DNA of 64,000 bases from assembly GCF_006345805.1 (NCBI RefSeq), contig NC_043016.1, positions 30,690,001 to 30,754,000 of the forward strand. Reading direction: 5' to 3'. The stretch comes from Octopus sinensis. Taxonomy: Eukaryota. Shown piece after piece: positions 40,898 through 53,852 of the stretch. Every line of letters begins with the position of its first letter. The stretch's first letter is position 1. The notes beneath the pieces are model-generated. The model did no database searches. It worked only from the letters and a program-made list of their open reading frames with translations, and had not been told where the DNA came from. A program made the translations under genes and the position numbers.

Positions 40898-41125
40898 ACT
40901 CTTTCACTTGTTTCAATCATTTTGACTGTGGCCATGCTGGAGCACCACCTTTAGTCTAGCAAATCAAACCCAGGACTTATTTTCTGTAAGCCTAGTACTT
41001 ATTCTATTGGTCTCTTTTGCCGAACCGCTAAATTACGGGGACGTAGACACACCTGCATCTGTTGTCAAGCTATGTTGGGGGGACAAACACAGACACAACA
41101 AACACACACACACCCACATACATAC

Positions 41126-41174
<49 letters not shown>

Positions 41175-41343
41175 CATATGATGGGTTTCTTTCAGTTTCC
41201 ATCTACCAAATCCACTCACAAGGCTTTGGTCGACCCAAGGCTATAGTAGAAGACACTTGCCCAAGGTGCCACGCAGTGGGACTGAACCCGGAACCATGTG
41301 GTTGGTAAACAAGCTACTTACCCACATATCCACTCCTGCACCT
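40898..41343 (-). mobile_element. SINE family A inserted into a family B copy (about 40745-41372)
   Basis: Family B sequence stops at TTTTGTCCAG and resumes at AACAATTTTGCCAGCTCACCACC. Confidence 0.8.
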
Positions 41344-42273
41344 ATGGTAACAATTTTGCCAGCTCACCACCTTCATGATGATGACAAACCACTATGATGA
41401 CCACAGTGGCAATAATAAGAGACAACAAACATATAATAATAAATATGATAATAATAACTATAATAATAATAATAATAATAATAATAAAATGAGAAAAATT
41501 GATATATGATGATGATGATGATGATGATAATGAATTCTTTTGTTAATGGTAATAATAAATATTAATTTTTTTATCTTCTACCAATAATAACAGTGAAGTG
41601 AAAGCATAACAATATAGATTTCCTTGTGTGTGTGTGTACATACATACACATACCCAATCTCTATGGTAATGAGGTATTATATGAAGTTCCTAGATAATCA
41701 AATCACTTGTTATGTAAAAAAAAAAGAAAAAGAAAATTATCGCTATCAATTATATCAAGAGTCTGTTTATTTATTCATTTATTCATTTTTCTTTTTACTT
41801 TTTCTTCAACATGTTGGATTTAATTAATTTTCAGATCGATCATTTTACTTAATGCATTTCAAGTGGTAATAATAAAGACATGTGATATCAGCCATATATG
41901 TGCCAGTCAGTGTTTTCTTCATAAAAATACATTTCAACTGGATCTTCATGTTCTTTACTATATAATAATAATAACAATAATAATAATAATAATGATAATA
42001 ATGATAATAATAATAATAATAGTAATAATAATAATAATGATAACAACAATAATAGTAAATATGATTCTTTCTACTATAGGCACAAGGCCTGAAATTTTGG
42101 GAGCGGGGATAGTCGATTATATTGACTCCCAGGACTCAACTGATGCTTATTTTTATCAACCCCGGAAGGATGAAAGGCAAAGTCAACATTGATGGTATTT
42201 GAACATGAAGACAAATGAAATACCCGCTATGCATTTTTGCCTGGCGTGCTAATGATTCTGCCATAATAATAAT

Positions 42274-42306
<33 letters not shown>

Positions 42307-42308
<2 letters not shown>

Positions 42309-42452
42309 CCTGTGAATTTGCATGTGAAATCTGGGAATGCGTACAATGAGCTTCTCTGCCCTAGGTGTACGGAAAACGCTCGGGGAGAAATGGAAGAAAA
42401 TTTGAAAAAAGAAGGAAAAGAGAAAATAATAATAGTAGTAGTAGTAGTAGTA

Positions 42453-42509
<57 letters not shown>

Positions 42510-42622
42510 CAGGAAGTGGAAAAGATAGTTTTATCTGGTACATCACACATACTGAGAAGAGCATTGTTCTGTGAATTTGCTTTCCATTTTTCCCTTTTAT
42601 ATTCTTTGTTTACTTTTTTCAT

Positions 42623-42671
<49 letters not shown>

Positions 42672-42810
42672 TCTTTTTTTTCTATCACATGACCTTGTAA
42701 ATGAACAATCTGGTGTGTTTATTTCAATGGCCTACCAATGTATACATTGAGTTTCTCTGCCCTTGGTGTCAGGAAGACACTCAGCAAGAAACGGAAACAG
42801 AATGAAAGAT
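42307..42810 (+). mobile_element. Two Dong-like 3' end fragments in (AAT)n
   Basis: 42307-42426 matches the 3' UTR at 32183-32293. 42508 onward encodes MQEVEKIVLSGTSHILRRAL, matching the ORF end at about 32058-32118. Confidence 0.75.
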
Positions 42811-43399
42811 AATAATAATAGTAATAATAATAATATAATACTGATTATTATGAATCTCTGGTAGAAATGTATTTACAATTTTGTTCTTGTTTTTCTTTTT
42901 ATACTAATATGGGATTTGGTTATGTTTAGCATATACAGATATGTAAGTACATAACATATGTAGTTGAGTGGACAAACGGAAAAAAAAGCACTCAACACAC
43001 CTAGTAGGGGTCACATATATTATTATCTAAAACAGTTACGATAAATGACACTTCTCGATATGTAGTGACATTGTAGGCAGGAATTCAGTATGGTGTGCCC
43101 AGCATAATCTATGGACTCACAAGAATTGCAGTGGAATCACAAGAAGGCTGACAGACAAAGTAGCATTAGTATACAGAAAATGCTGAGGGGCAGTAAACAT
43201 TAAGGATGCATGGTGATTTGATTTTCTCAAATGTCTTTGAGGCTTCTGAGAGGTAGTAGATAGGTTTTGTTACCTGACAACCTAATTAGCTATAGAGGAA
43301 AGTTTCTGAAATTCTATCTCTTGTGTGTGTATGGTGTGTGTGTGGTGTGCGCACACCACACACACACACACACCACATATATATTTATCATCATCATCA

Positions 43400-43446
<47 letters not shown>

Positions 43447-43460
43447 TATATATATATACA

Positions 43461-44628
43461 CAGGTGCATAAGATATTTGAGAACAGATTTATGTTTATAA
43501 AAAAACCAAATATATAACAGATAACTTTATTTATCAAAAATGCAATGAGAATAAAAATAAACCTTCTTTTCTATAATGTTATTCAATAAAGCAACCTTCA
43601 GCTTCAGCAACTGCTTGTATATGAGATCTAGATCATCTACATACTCAAATCAAGCAGTCCTGGTTCATTTTGGACATTACTCTGACAATGGCAGCTTCTA
43701 AAGAATCTTTAATGTTATGGGTGTGTTCATTGACCTCTCTCTCAACAATGCTCCACATGTGATAGTTCAATGGATTGAGATCTGGGGAATTAGGAGGTCA
43801 AATGTGAGGGGTTATGTGATCATGAAAATTTTCAACCATCCATTCCTGTGTTACTAGAGCCATGTGTGATAGTGCAGAGTCATACTGAAAGACATATGAC
43901 CTTCCATTGCATACACTGTCTATCCAGAGCTTATCAACTATTTACAGGACCTCAATGTAGGCAGCAGAGTTATCTCTAGGCCTTATTAAAAGAAGTAAGG
44001 AGGCAAATCCACTCACAAGGCATTGGTCGGCCCGGGGCTATAGCAGAAGACACTTGCCCAAGATGCCACACAGTGGGACTGAACCCGGAACCATGTGGTT
44101 GGTTAGCAAGCTATTTACCACACAGTCACTCCTGCGCCTGTATATATTACTGACAACCCCTTTTTTTCTTTTGCTTTTTCTGACAATATATGACTTATAT
44201 CTGAATTCTTCATGGGAAACATTTCTGACTGTTCCTTCTGACACATGGAGATCTTTTGCAATTCATCTCATGGTCTTTCTGGGATTGTAATCAGTGGACT
44301 GTTGAACTTTCTGAATAAATTCAGGTGTTCTGATGATTTCAGAGAATTTAGAATGCTTTTTATGCTCTGATACTGGTGATTCCTTTCCATCTTCAGTCTC
44401 AAGCTCCTTAGAAACATTGTAGAAGAAAGCTCTGGCAACTTTTAAAAGTCAAGATATTTTTAAATCACTATGCTTAGCCCTTGTCACCACAATAACAGCA
44501 TGCCTCTTCATTTCTTGAGTAAGCTAAGAGTCTACCATTATTTTTCTAGAACAAAGATTATACAGAGTTAGCAAAAAATGCAGCAATGACCCATAATGGG
44601 TATATCCTCAAATACCTTATGCACCATG
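43461..44628 (-). mobile_element. Decayed Tc1/mariner element (possibly DD37D-like) with a SINE A fragment (44006-44138) inside
   Basis: TIRs GGTGCATAAGATATTTGAG / CTCAAATACCTTATGCACC. Minus-strand remnant FQYDSALSH..TQEW..*PPNSPDLNPLNYHMWSIVE. Confidence 0.8.
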
Positions 44629-44632
44629 TTGT

Positions 44633-44683
<51 letters not shown>

Positions 44684-45084
44684 CGGAGTGGCTGTGTGGT
44701 AAGTAGCTTACTTACAACCACATGGTTCTGGGTTCAGTCCCACTGCGTGGCACCTTTGGCAAATGTCTTCTACTATAGCTTCGAGCCAACCAAAGCCTTG
44801 TGGGTGGATTTGGTAGACGGAAACTGAAAGAAGCCTGTCGTATATCTGTGAATAAATACGCATTGCATTTGATTGAGTAATCTGAATAATGTAATGAGAA
44901 GGTCATAGCTGGATTGCTTTTGATCATCATTGGTTTGCTTATTCAAATTTCACCTTGGGCTTAACAACTACAGCAATGACATTACACAGATTATACAGCT
45001 GTGAACAAAAGGTTTGGAGCATAGGGTTGAAAATTAGAATTTTTATATTAAATGCCCAAAGTTATATTTAATTTGCAATATATA

Positions 45085-45500
45085 GGCGTAGGAGTGGCGG
45101 TGTGGTAAGTAGTTTACTTACAAACCACATGGTTCCAGGTTCGGTTCAGTCCCACTGCATGGCACCTTGGGCAAGTGTTTTCTACTATAGCCTCGTGCCA
45201 ACCAAAGCCTTGTGAGTGGATTTGGTAGACAGAAACTGAAAGAAGCCCATTGTATATATATGTATATATATGTATGTGTGTATATATGTTTGTGTGTCTG
45301 TGTTTGTACCCCCACCCACCCAACATCGCTTGACAACTGATGCTGGTGTATTTACATCCCTGTAACTTAGCAGTTTGGCAAAAGAGACCGATAAAATAAG
45401 TACTAGGCTTACAAAGAATAAGTCCTGGGGTCGATTTGCTTGACTGAAGGCGGTGCTCCAGCGTGGCCACAGTCACATGACTGAAACAAGTAAAGAGAGT
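45085..45500 (+). mobile_element. SINE family A
   Basis: Full-length copy. Confidence 0.88.
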
Positions 45501-45579
45501 ATATGTTATTACTTGGCAAAAAGTTTGGAACATAGGGCTGAAAATTAGAATTTTTATATTGAATGGCCAGCTGCATACG

Positions 45580-45980
45580 CTCTCTTTTTACTCTTTTTAC
45601 TTGTTTCAGGCATTTGACTGCGGCCATGCTGGAGCACCGCCTTTAGTCGAACAAATCGACCCCGGGACTTATTCTTTGTAAGCCCAGTACTTATTCTATC
45701 GGTCTCTTTTGCCGAACTGCTAAGTTATGGGGATGTAAACACACCACCATCGGTTGTCAAGCAATGCTAGGGGGACAAACACAGACACACACATACATAT
45801 ATATATATACATATATACGATAGGCTTCTTTCAGTTTCCGTCTACCAAATCCACTCACAAGGCATTGGTCGGCCCGGGGCCATAGCTGAAGACACTTGCC
45901 CAAGATGCCACACAGTGGGACTGAACCCGGGACCATGTGGTTGGTTAGCAAGCTACTTACCACACAGCCACTCCTGCGCC
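45580..45980 (-). mobile_element. SINE family A
   Basis: Full-length copy, inverted relative to 45085-45500. Confidence 0.9.
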
Positions 45981-46324
45981 TATATATATTTGAATCAAAT
46001 TGTACTTGCGTATTACAATTTTAATTGTTTTAAAAAATGTTTCAAACTTTTGGCCTTGACTGTAGATTATACAGAAACTTTCATAATTATCATGTACAAA
46101 AAAACATCAGCACTTTGTACTTTATACCTTGTACTTGTGTTTCTTGTTAAAGGGGTCAATAAGTTATCTTTCTTGCTGTTTGGAATTGGTGGTGTTATCC
46201 GATATTCATTGGCATTCCTTCCTTTGAGGAACTAATTTCAATGTGCCCCCTATAACACTGTGACTACCCGGGTGTTCTGTCCACTTCTACCTTTCTATAC
46301 TTTAAAGAACTTTTTACTTGTTTT

Positions 46325-46355
<31 letters not shown>

Positions 46356-46680
46356 TTAAGCATAATAGATGGTTGACATACTTCAAAAAAACTGTTTCTC
46401 CATTTTTCCCTTCAGTTCCTCTTCATTTGTGCAATGTGTCATTTCTGTGAAGGCCCCTTCCGCTGACCTCCATATGGTGGATGGGAATTGCTAACACATT
46501 TCCTGTTTCTAAACACTTTAGGAGGAAGTGGCATTATATTCATTATTCATTATGTGTGTATGTGTGTGTGAGAGAAAGAGAGAGAGAGAGACAGATAAAG
46601 AGAGGGAGAGAGAGAATGTATGTGTATGTATGCACACACAAACACAGACGCATGCACACAAACACAGATACATGCACACT

Positions 46681-46711
<31 letters not shown>

Positions 46712-48754
46712 TAGTTTATACACACATTCGCAAATGTATCTTTTGAGTATGAGGAATGAGGAAGTGGATGAAAATATTGTTGATAATAAGCATTTTTTTA
46801 AAAAAAAAAAGCATGAAGACTCATATTTAAAAGGTGTAATGAAAATTGTCAAAATTCATGATAAATAAAATGGGAAAAGTTTAATAAAAATGATGACAAC
46901 ATCGATGGTGGTGGTGGTGGTGGTGGTGGTGGTGGCGGCGGTGGCTTCTAAGACGCTAAATGTAACTTGGCTAGGACTGAATTGAATACTTTATAGTTTC
47001 TGAAGCTTTACACAACTTCTTAATATGAACAAACAAGTGTATTATCTCATACTTGTCAATATATAGAATGGCCTCTTATCAGATCCCACTCTTTGTTGTC
47101 AGGCAATCAAAGACAAGGTTGGTATGTGGAAAGGTATTGAATGTAGGGCCAGGATTAGCAATAAGTTTATAAATTTAACAAGTTTATAAATTTAAACTCT
47201 TTATCAATGGCATCTAAATCTGGGAAATGTTTCTAAGAACAAGCTATAATTAACAAATTTGGCACATGCTTTTGATAATCCTGCTTTCCTTTCATGAAGG
47301 AGGTTCTCTCATTACTGTCATTATGGAATCAAAGTCAGCTATCTGCATGCAGAACTTTCAAAATTTGACACTGGCATCAGCTTCCCTTATTTCATGTGAC
47401 TAAACTCCAGTTTATTCAAACTCACTGATTAACTGTAGTCAAATTTAGCAGAAGTTTACATCTCACTGTATTCCAACCTTTTTGGCTTCATGGAGGCAAT
47501 GTGGCTGAGTTCCTTTTGAGTGTTGGGCCTCATGGAGACAAAGTGACCAAGCTCCTGGACCTCATGGAGGCAAAGTGACCAAACTCCTGGACCTCATGGA
47601 GGCAAAGTGGCTGAGTTCCTTTCAAGTGTATTCCAACCTTTTTGAACTTCATACTCAAGCAACCTCCACTTCTTACCTATTTTCTCACCTAGTCAAACTC
47701 CATACTTAACTCCATACCTAGCTGTACTCAAACCTAAGCGAACTAACCATACACCCAACTAGCTGAACTCAAATATGTAGTCGAACTCAATATCTAACCA
47801 GCTCCATACTAAGCTGTACAATAGTCTAACTGAACTGCATACCCAGGGCCAGATTAAGATCCACAGAGGCCCTGAGCTCTTAAAAGATTTTGGTGACCCC
47901 ATATATGTGTAATTCAAAATATAAACAATAATAAACCATAAAATAAATTGTTGTTGTGTCTGGGGAGAGTCATTTTCTGTTTGTGCCTTATAATGTAATA
48001 CACTCACCAGTAAAATTTCCACTTATTTCTTATTTTTTATTTTTCAAAATAATTTTTCTTTTTCAAAATAAAACAAAACTAACAGTAAGATGGAAAATAA
48101 CATTTATTTTTGTATACTTCCACTTTGAAAAGTTTTCTCGTACTTTTTTTTTTTTAATTGCAAAGCCTTCCATCAGATCCTCACAATGACACCATGAACA
48201 CTTTGAAATTATATTTCCAATCATATAAGCCACTTCAAATATTACTTTAGTAAGTTTAAAGTGATTTCTTTTGTGCCGTAAACCATAAACCATTTCTGTG
48301 GTGGCCTAAGCATGTGCTTATTTTGCTTAATGGTTAATCCAACACTATATGTGTACCTAATCACTTAACTGAACTCCAGAACAGGCAAACACCTTCATTG
48401 GTAAACTTCTAGCTGATACGTAATATTACTTAAAATAGAGTTTGTAGATGTGATGTTAAAAGTGACAGATTTAATAACAGATGTGAAAGTATCAGTGGTG
48501 AGGAGAAGTCACTCAATTTTGCTATCTTGAGTCAATGAGGAAGCTTCTGTGTAGTTGGTTTGAGCCATTAGAAATTACCTAGAAGCCTCCTTCAGATCTC
48601 AACCTGCCATCTTAAAATGGAAAGTCTGTATAAGATAATGTTGATTAGCATAATCCAAAAATGTTGGGGTGGTTACCTTTATAATATCCTTTGTTGGCAG
48701 AACCATTAACATACCAAGCTAAATACTCAGTGCCATTTAAATTCATCATTACAT

Positions 48755-49352
48755 TCATCATCATTATTTAACGTCCGTTGTCCATGCTGGCATGGGCTGG
48801 ATGGTTTGACTGGGAACTGGCAGAATCCAGTCTGATTTGACATGGTTTTCTATAGCTGGATTCCCTTCCTAACACCAACCATTCTAAGAGTGTAATAGGT
48901 GCTGTTACATGCCAATTTGCATGACACTGGTATATGCCACAACTGCAATTTTGCTTGGCTTGATGGGTTTTCCAAGCACGACATAATGCTAAATAGACTC
49001 TGGCATTGCCTCCGTGAGGCCCAACACTTGGAGGGAGCTCAGCCACTTTGCCTCTATGAGGCCCAACACTCGAAAGGAACTCAGCCACTTTGCCTCCATG
49101 AGGTCCAGGAGCTTGGTCACTTTGCCTCCATGAGGCCCAGGAGCTTGGTCACTTTGTCTCCATGAGGTCCAACACTCAAAAGGAACTCAGCCACTTTGCC
49201 TCCATGAAACCAAACATTCAAAAGGAACTCAGCCATCTCACCTCCATGAGGCCTGCTTTAAAGGAACTCAGCCACCTCACCTCCATGAGGCTCAACACCT
49301 GAAAGGAACTCAGCCACTTTCAGGCTCAATGCTCGAAAGGAACTCAGCCACT
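48755..49352 (-). mobile_element. Family D (RTE-type) 3' end with a 32/42-bp minisatellite
   Basis: (CAT)n tail at about 48755; units GCCACTTTGCCTCCATGAGG..GGAACTCA span 49005-49352. Confidence 0.75.
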
Positions 49353-50637
49353 ATTTTGAGTTCAAATTCCTCTGAGGTTGACTTTACCTTTCAACCTTTC
49401 TTGGTCAATAAAATAGGGACCAGCTGAACACTGGGGTCAATGTGATTGACTTACTCCCTCCCCCAAAGATCCTTATTCAAAAATTTGTGATTTAAACCAG
49501 ATTAATCATAAATCCGATTAATCTGGCTTAACCCAGGGTTAAGCAATAATGCTATTGTAGCTTCTTTGTGATTGCTTAAATTTCTAGAAATAGCAACTAA
49601 ATCTCCCTTACATTACATCACATTCTGACATCCTAAAAAGAAAAACAAAAAAAAAATTAAGAAAGATAATTTGGATCATGTAGTTTAGGGTACATTTATA
49701 CCTCAGACAAAAAAAAAACAAAAACAAACAGGATAGCCATGGCTGATTTACTCAATAAGGATTAGCTAAGAGTTAAACAACAACAACAGGAAGATCTGTG
49801 ATCAATCTGCTAGCTAGGAAGAGTAATCAAATCTCCCTGTCTTGAAAAGGAAATGACAGATGGATAATATTGTCTGAGAGGAGGACAGGATGGTCATAAC
49901 TGGAACTCCTTTGATCATAGGCTTGCTTAAACATAACAGATTGAGGTTAAACAACAAATAACACCAGATGTTTCCTTCAAGGCTGATTAGACAATATGTA
50001 TACACTTACAGGTATACACACACTCACACACACCCATGCATGAGCCAGTGAGGGTGCATCACTCAACTTGCTAGAAGTAGCAGTCAAATTTCTCATATCA
50101 TATCTACATCTTAAACCTTATTTATTAATTCACATTGTTTTGAATTAATCATACAATAGCTTTGGGATTTTGATGATGTGATGGCCTATTTTTAGACTGA
50201 CATTGTAGGGTAGGTGTAAGAGGCCAGATCTTGTTGGTTTTAACATAAAATGGGTAGAGTACTTGCACCTGATCCACTCGCTCCATTAATCACAGCGAGA
50301 AGGGTTCCAGTTGATCCAATCAAGGGGACAGCCTGCTTGTGAAATCAATGTGCAGGTGGGTGAGTATTCTACAGACACATGTACACTTAGTAGAGAGCTC
50401 AGGGAGATTCAACATGACTCAGAATGTAGTAAAGCTGGACCTTTGAAATACAAGTATTACCAGTTGAGTGGACTGGAGCAATGTGAAATGAAGTTTCTTG
50501 CTCAAGGACACAACATGCTGCTGGGAATTGAACTCATGACCTTACAATCATGAGCCAAACACCCTAATCCCTAAGCCATGTACCCAATACTGCTGATTTA
50601 CTAGTTAAAGGGTTAAAAAAAAACATATTGCATTTAA

Positions 50638-51043
50638 GTGCAGGGGTGGTTGTGTGGTAAGTAGCTTGCTTATCAACCACATGGTTCCGTGTTCAGTCCC
50701 ATTGTGTGGCACCTTGGGCAAGTGTCTTCTACTATAGCCTCGGGCTGACCAAAGCTTTGTGAGTGGATTTGGTAGACGGAAACTGAAAGAAGTCCCGTCG
50801 TATATATGTATATGTATATGTTTGTGTGTGTGTGTATGTGTTTGTGTGTCCATGTTTGTCCCACCAACATCGCTTGACAACCGATGCTGGTGTGATTACA
50901 TCCCCATAACTTAGCGGTTCGGCAAAAGAGACCGATAGAATAAGTACTTGGCTTACAAAGAATAAGTCCTGGGGTTGATTTGCTCGACTAAAGGTGGTGC
51001 TCCATCATGGCCACAGTCAAATGACTGAAACAAGTAAAAGAGT
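50638..51043 (+). mobile_element. SINE family A
   Basis: Full-length copy; another diverged copy is at 51260-51680. Confidence 0.88.
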
Positions 51044-52351
51044 ATAGTCCTAGATTTACAAAGATGAAATGAGTATGACCAGAATGTCTATTGTTATATT
51101 TTTATCTGATCGGGGTTGACCTTAGTCTAAATATTAGTGAGAATGTATTAATATTATTGCAAAGAACACTGGATGTATTTTCATTGCCACTTCTGAAGGT
51201 CAAAGAATTAATTGCCCTTTCCTGGAAATCTATCAGAAAAAAGAAAAAAAAAAATAATGGCCATGTGGTAAGAAGCTTGCTTCTCAACCACATGGTTCTA
51301 GGCTCAGTCCTACTGTGTGACACCTTGGGCAAGTGTCTGCTACTACAGCCTTGGGCTGACCAAAGCCTTGTGAATTGATTTGGTAGATGGAAACTGAAAA
51401 AAGCCCACCATATACACACATATATGTGAATGTGTGTGTGTGTATATCTGTGTGTGTTTTTGTGTCTGCATTTGTCCTCCCCATTACCACTTGACAACCA
51501 ATGTTGGTGTGTTTACATCTCCATAACTTAGCAGTTTGGCAAAAGAACTGATAGAATAAGTACTAGGCTTACAGAGAATAAATCCTGGGGTCAATTTCTT
51601 TGACTAAAAAAAACCTTTTAAGGCAGTACTCCAGCATGGCTGCAATTAAATGGTTGAAACACGTAAAAAAATAAAAGAATGATTCTTTGAAAGGTTACCT
51701 ATCAGCATATATTTTTTATGGTTTTTGTCACATCAATCAAAATAATAAATTATTGGCTGAAGAATGAAAGCTTTAACACCAAGAACAGCTACAGCAAACT
51801 GTTTTTATTTATTTCCTTTTTCCTTTCCTTTTTTTCTTCTTATTTTGTTATCAGCATAAGTACTCATATTTGTAATAGAAAATATGTTATTTGTGGTGTG
51901 CTAGATTAGATTTATACTTTAAGGAGAAATACAGGAGTTGCAGGCAGAAAATATTTTGAGAAGGACAAGCTGTTTTGTTGTGTAAGTTTTGAAACAGAGC
52001 AATTTATAGTGGAGGAAATAAGATAGCAGTATCTAGGAAAAGCATATTGATTATTGTTGCACCATTACACCAATATTAATAACACATGCACTGGTTCAAT
52101 ATCACTTCTTTATCATTAGTCAATTGGTTAAATCTCTAACCAGGTAGCTAATTGATCATTTGTGTTATGTGATGGTTAAGCAATCAATCAGTTCTTTGAC
52201 AGGTAAAGTGCTTTTGTTGCTATTTGCAACCTCTTCAATGGCACTCCCTCTCTCTTCAAGGTGTGCCATAAGTTTTATGATAAATAAAAATTATAACTGG
52301 CAAAGACCAAGGGACCAGATGACATTGCAGTAACAGTGGCTGACTAAAGAA

Positions 52352-52353
<2 letters not shown>

Positions 52354-52394
<41 letters not shown>

Positions 52395-52815
52395 TACACA
52401 CACACACACATACATACATACATACATACATACATACATACATACATACACACATACATACACACATACATACATACATACATACATACATACATACATA
52501 CATACATACATACATACATACATACATACCACATACATACATACATACATACATACATACATACATACATACATACATACACACATACATACACACATAC
52601 ATACATACATACATACATACATACATACATACATACATACATACACACATACATACACACATACATACACACACACACGCACATACATACATACATACAT
52701 ACATACATACATACACACATACACACATACATACATACATACATACATACATACATACATACATACATACATACATACATACATACATACATACATACAC
52801 ACATACATACATACA
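52354..52815. repeat. (TA)n/(TACA)n microsatellite adjoining a minus-strand SINE A head (about 52830-52975)
   Basis: Seen directly. Confidence 0.95.
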
Positions 52816-53852
52816 TTTGTACACACAACAGACTTCTTTCAGTCTCCATCTACCAAATCCACTCACAAGACTTTGGTCAGCCTGAGGCTATAGTAGAAGA
52901 CACCTCCCCCAAGATGTCATGCAGTGGAAGTGAACTCAGCAAACTTCTTATGACACAGCCACAACATCTGCACCTAGATATAAAGCTTTTGCCATTTGGC
53001 ACACAATAAACAAATAGATAAATGAATGAAAACAGGTCTGTTTCAAATGGAAAGTAGGAATTAGTAGTAGACTGGCTGGTTCCTTTGTTCAAGTAGGAAT
53101 AGTGCCTCATTTCACAAAGAGTAAGTGACAGCAAACATACCTACAAATCAGAATAGGACAGTTGCTTCAGATTCTACTTAAGATAAAACTTACTAGTTTC
53201 AAGCCACATCCTTCCACTTAAAAACAGAAGACTAATTTTTATTTATAAGTGTTTTTTTAGTTTTAGTTTTTTTTTTTCCAGCTATGTAAGAGGTGATTGA
53301 GTTAAAAGTTGTTTTTTTTTGTTTTGTTTTTTTTAATATTGCCACTCAATATATGTAAAGTCAGTATTCTATGGGAATTTCGTTTGTATTCCACTAATAA
53401 CTAGCTTTTACTGTTTTTTCTTATCAGTCCCATTGCAGTTCTTTTTCTAATTCTGTTGGAATTTTATTACATACTTTATTGATAGTCCCTCTGTGTGGCT
53501 CTTTGGGCAAGTGTCTTATACTATAGCCTCAGGCTCACCAAAAGCCTTGTGAGTTGATTTGGTTGACAGAAACTGAAAGAAGCCCATCGTATATATATGT
53601 GTGTGTGTGTGTAGGTATGTATGTATAAAGTGTTTGAAGTGGTGTACAGATATTGTATACTGAGAAAAAGGTGGCAGTCAGAATTTTGGATAATTCTTTA
53701 TTAATGCTTTCATTTGTTTATCAAACATGTCAAGACAAAAATTCATTTTGGTTTTAATTTTTGTCTTGAAGAGTTTGGTTAACAAATGAAAGCACTAATA
53801 AAGAGTAATTCTAAATTCTGACTGCATCCTTTTTCTCGGTGTATGTGTGTGT

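Noticed and set aside
52256-52866. MYVC/HTYI-repeat ORFs (also 8202-8839, 37007-37439, 55252-55966)
   Set aside because: Microsatellite translations.
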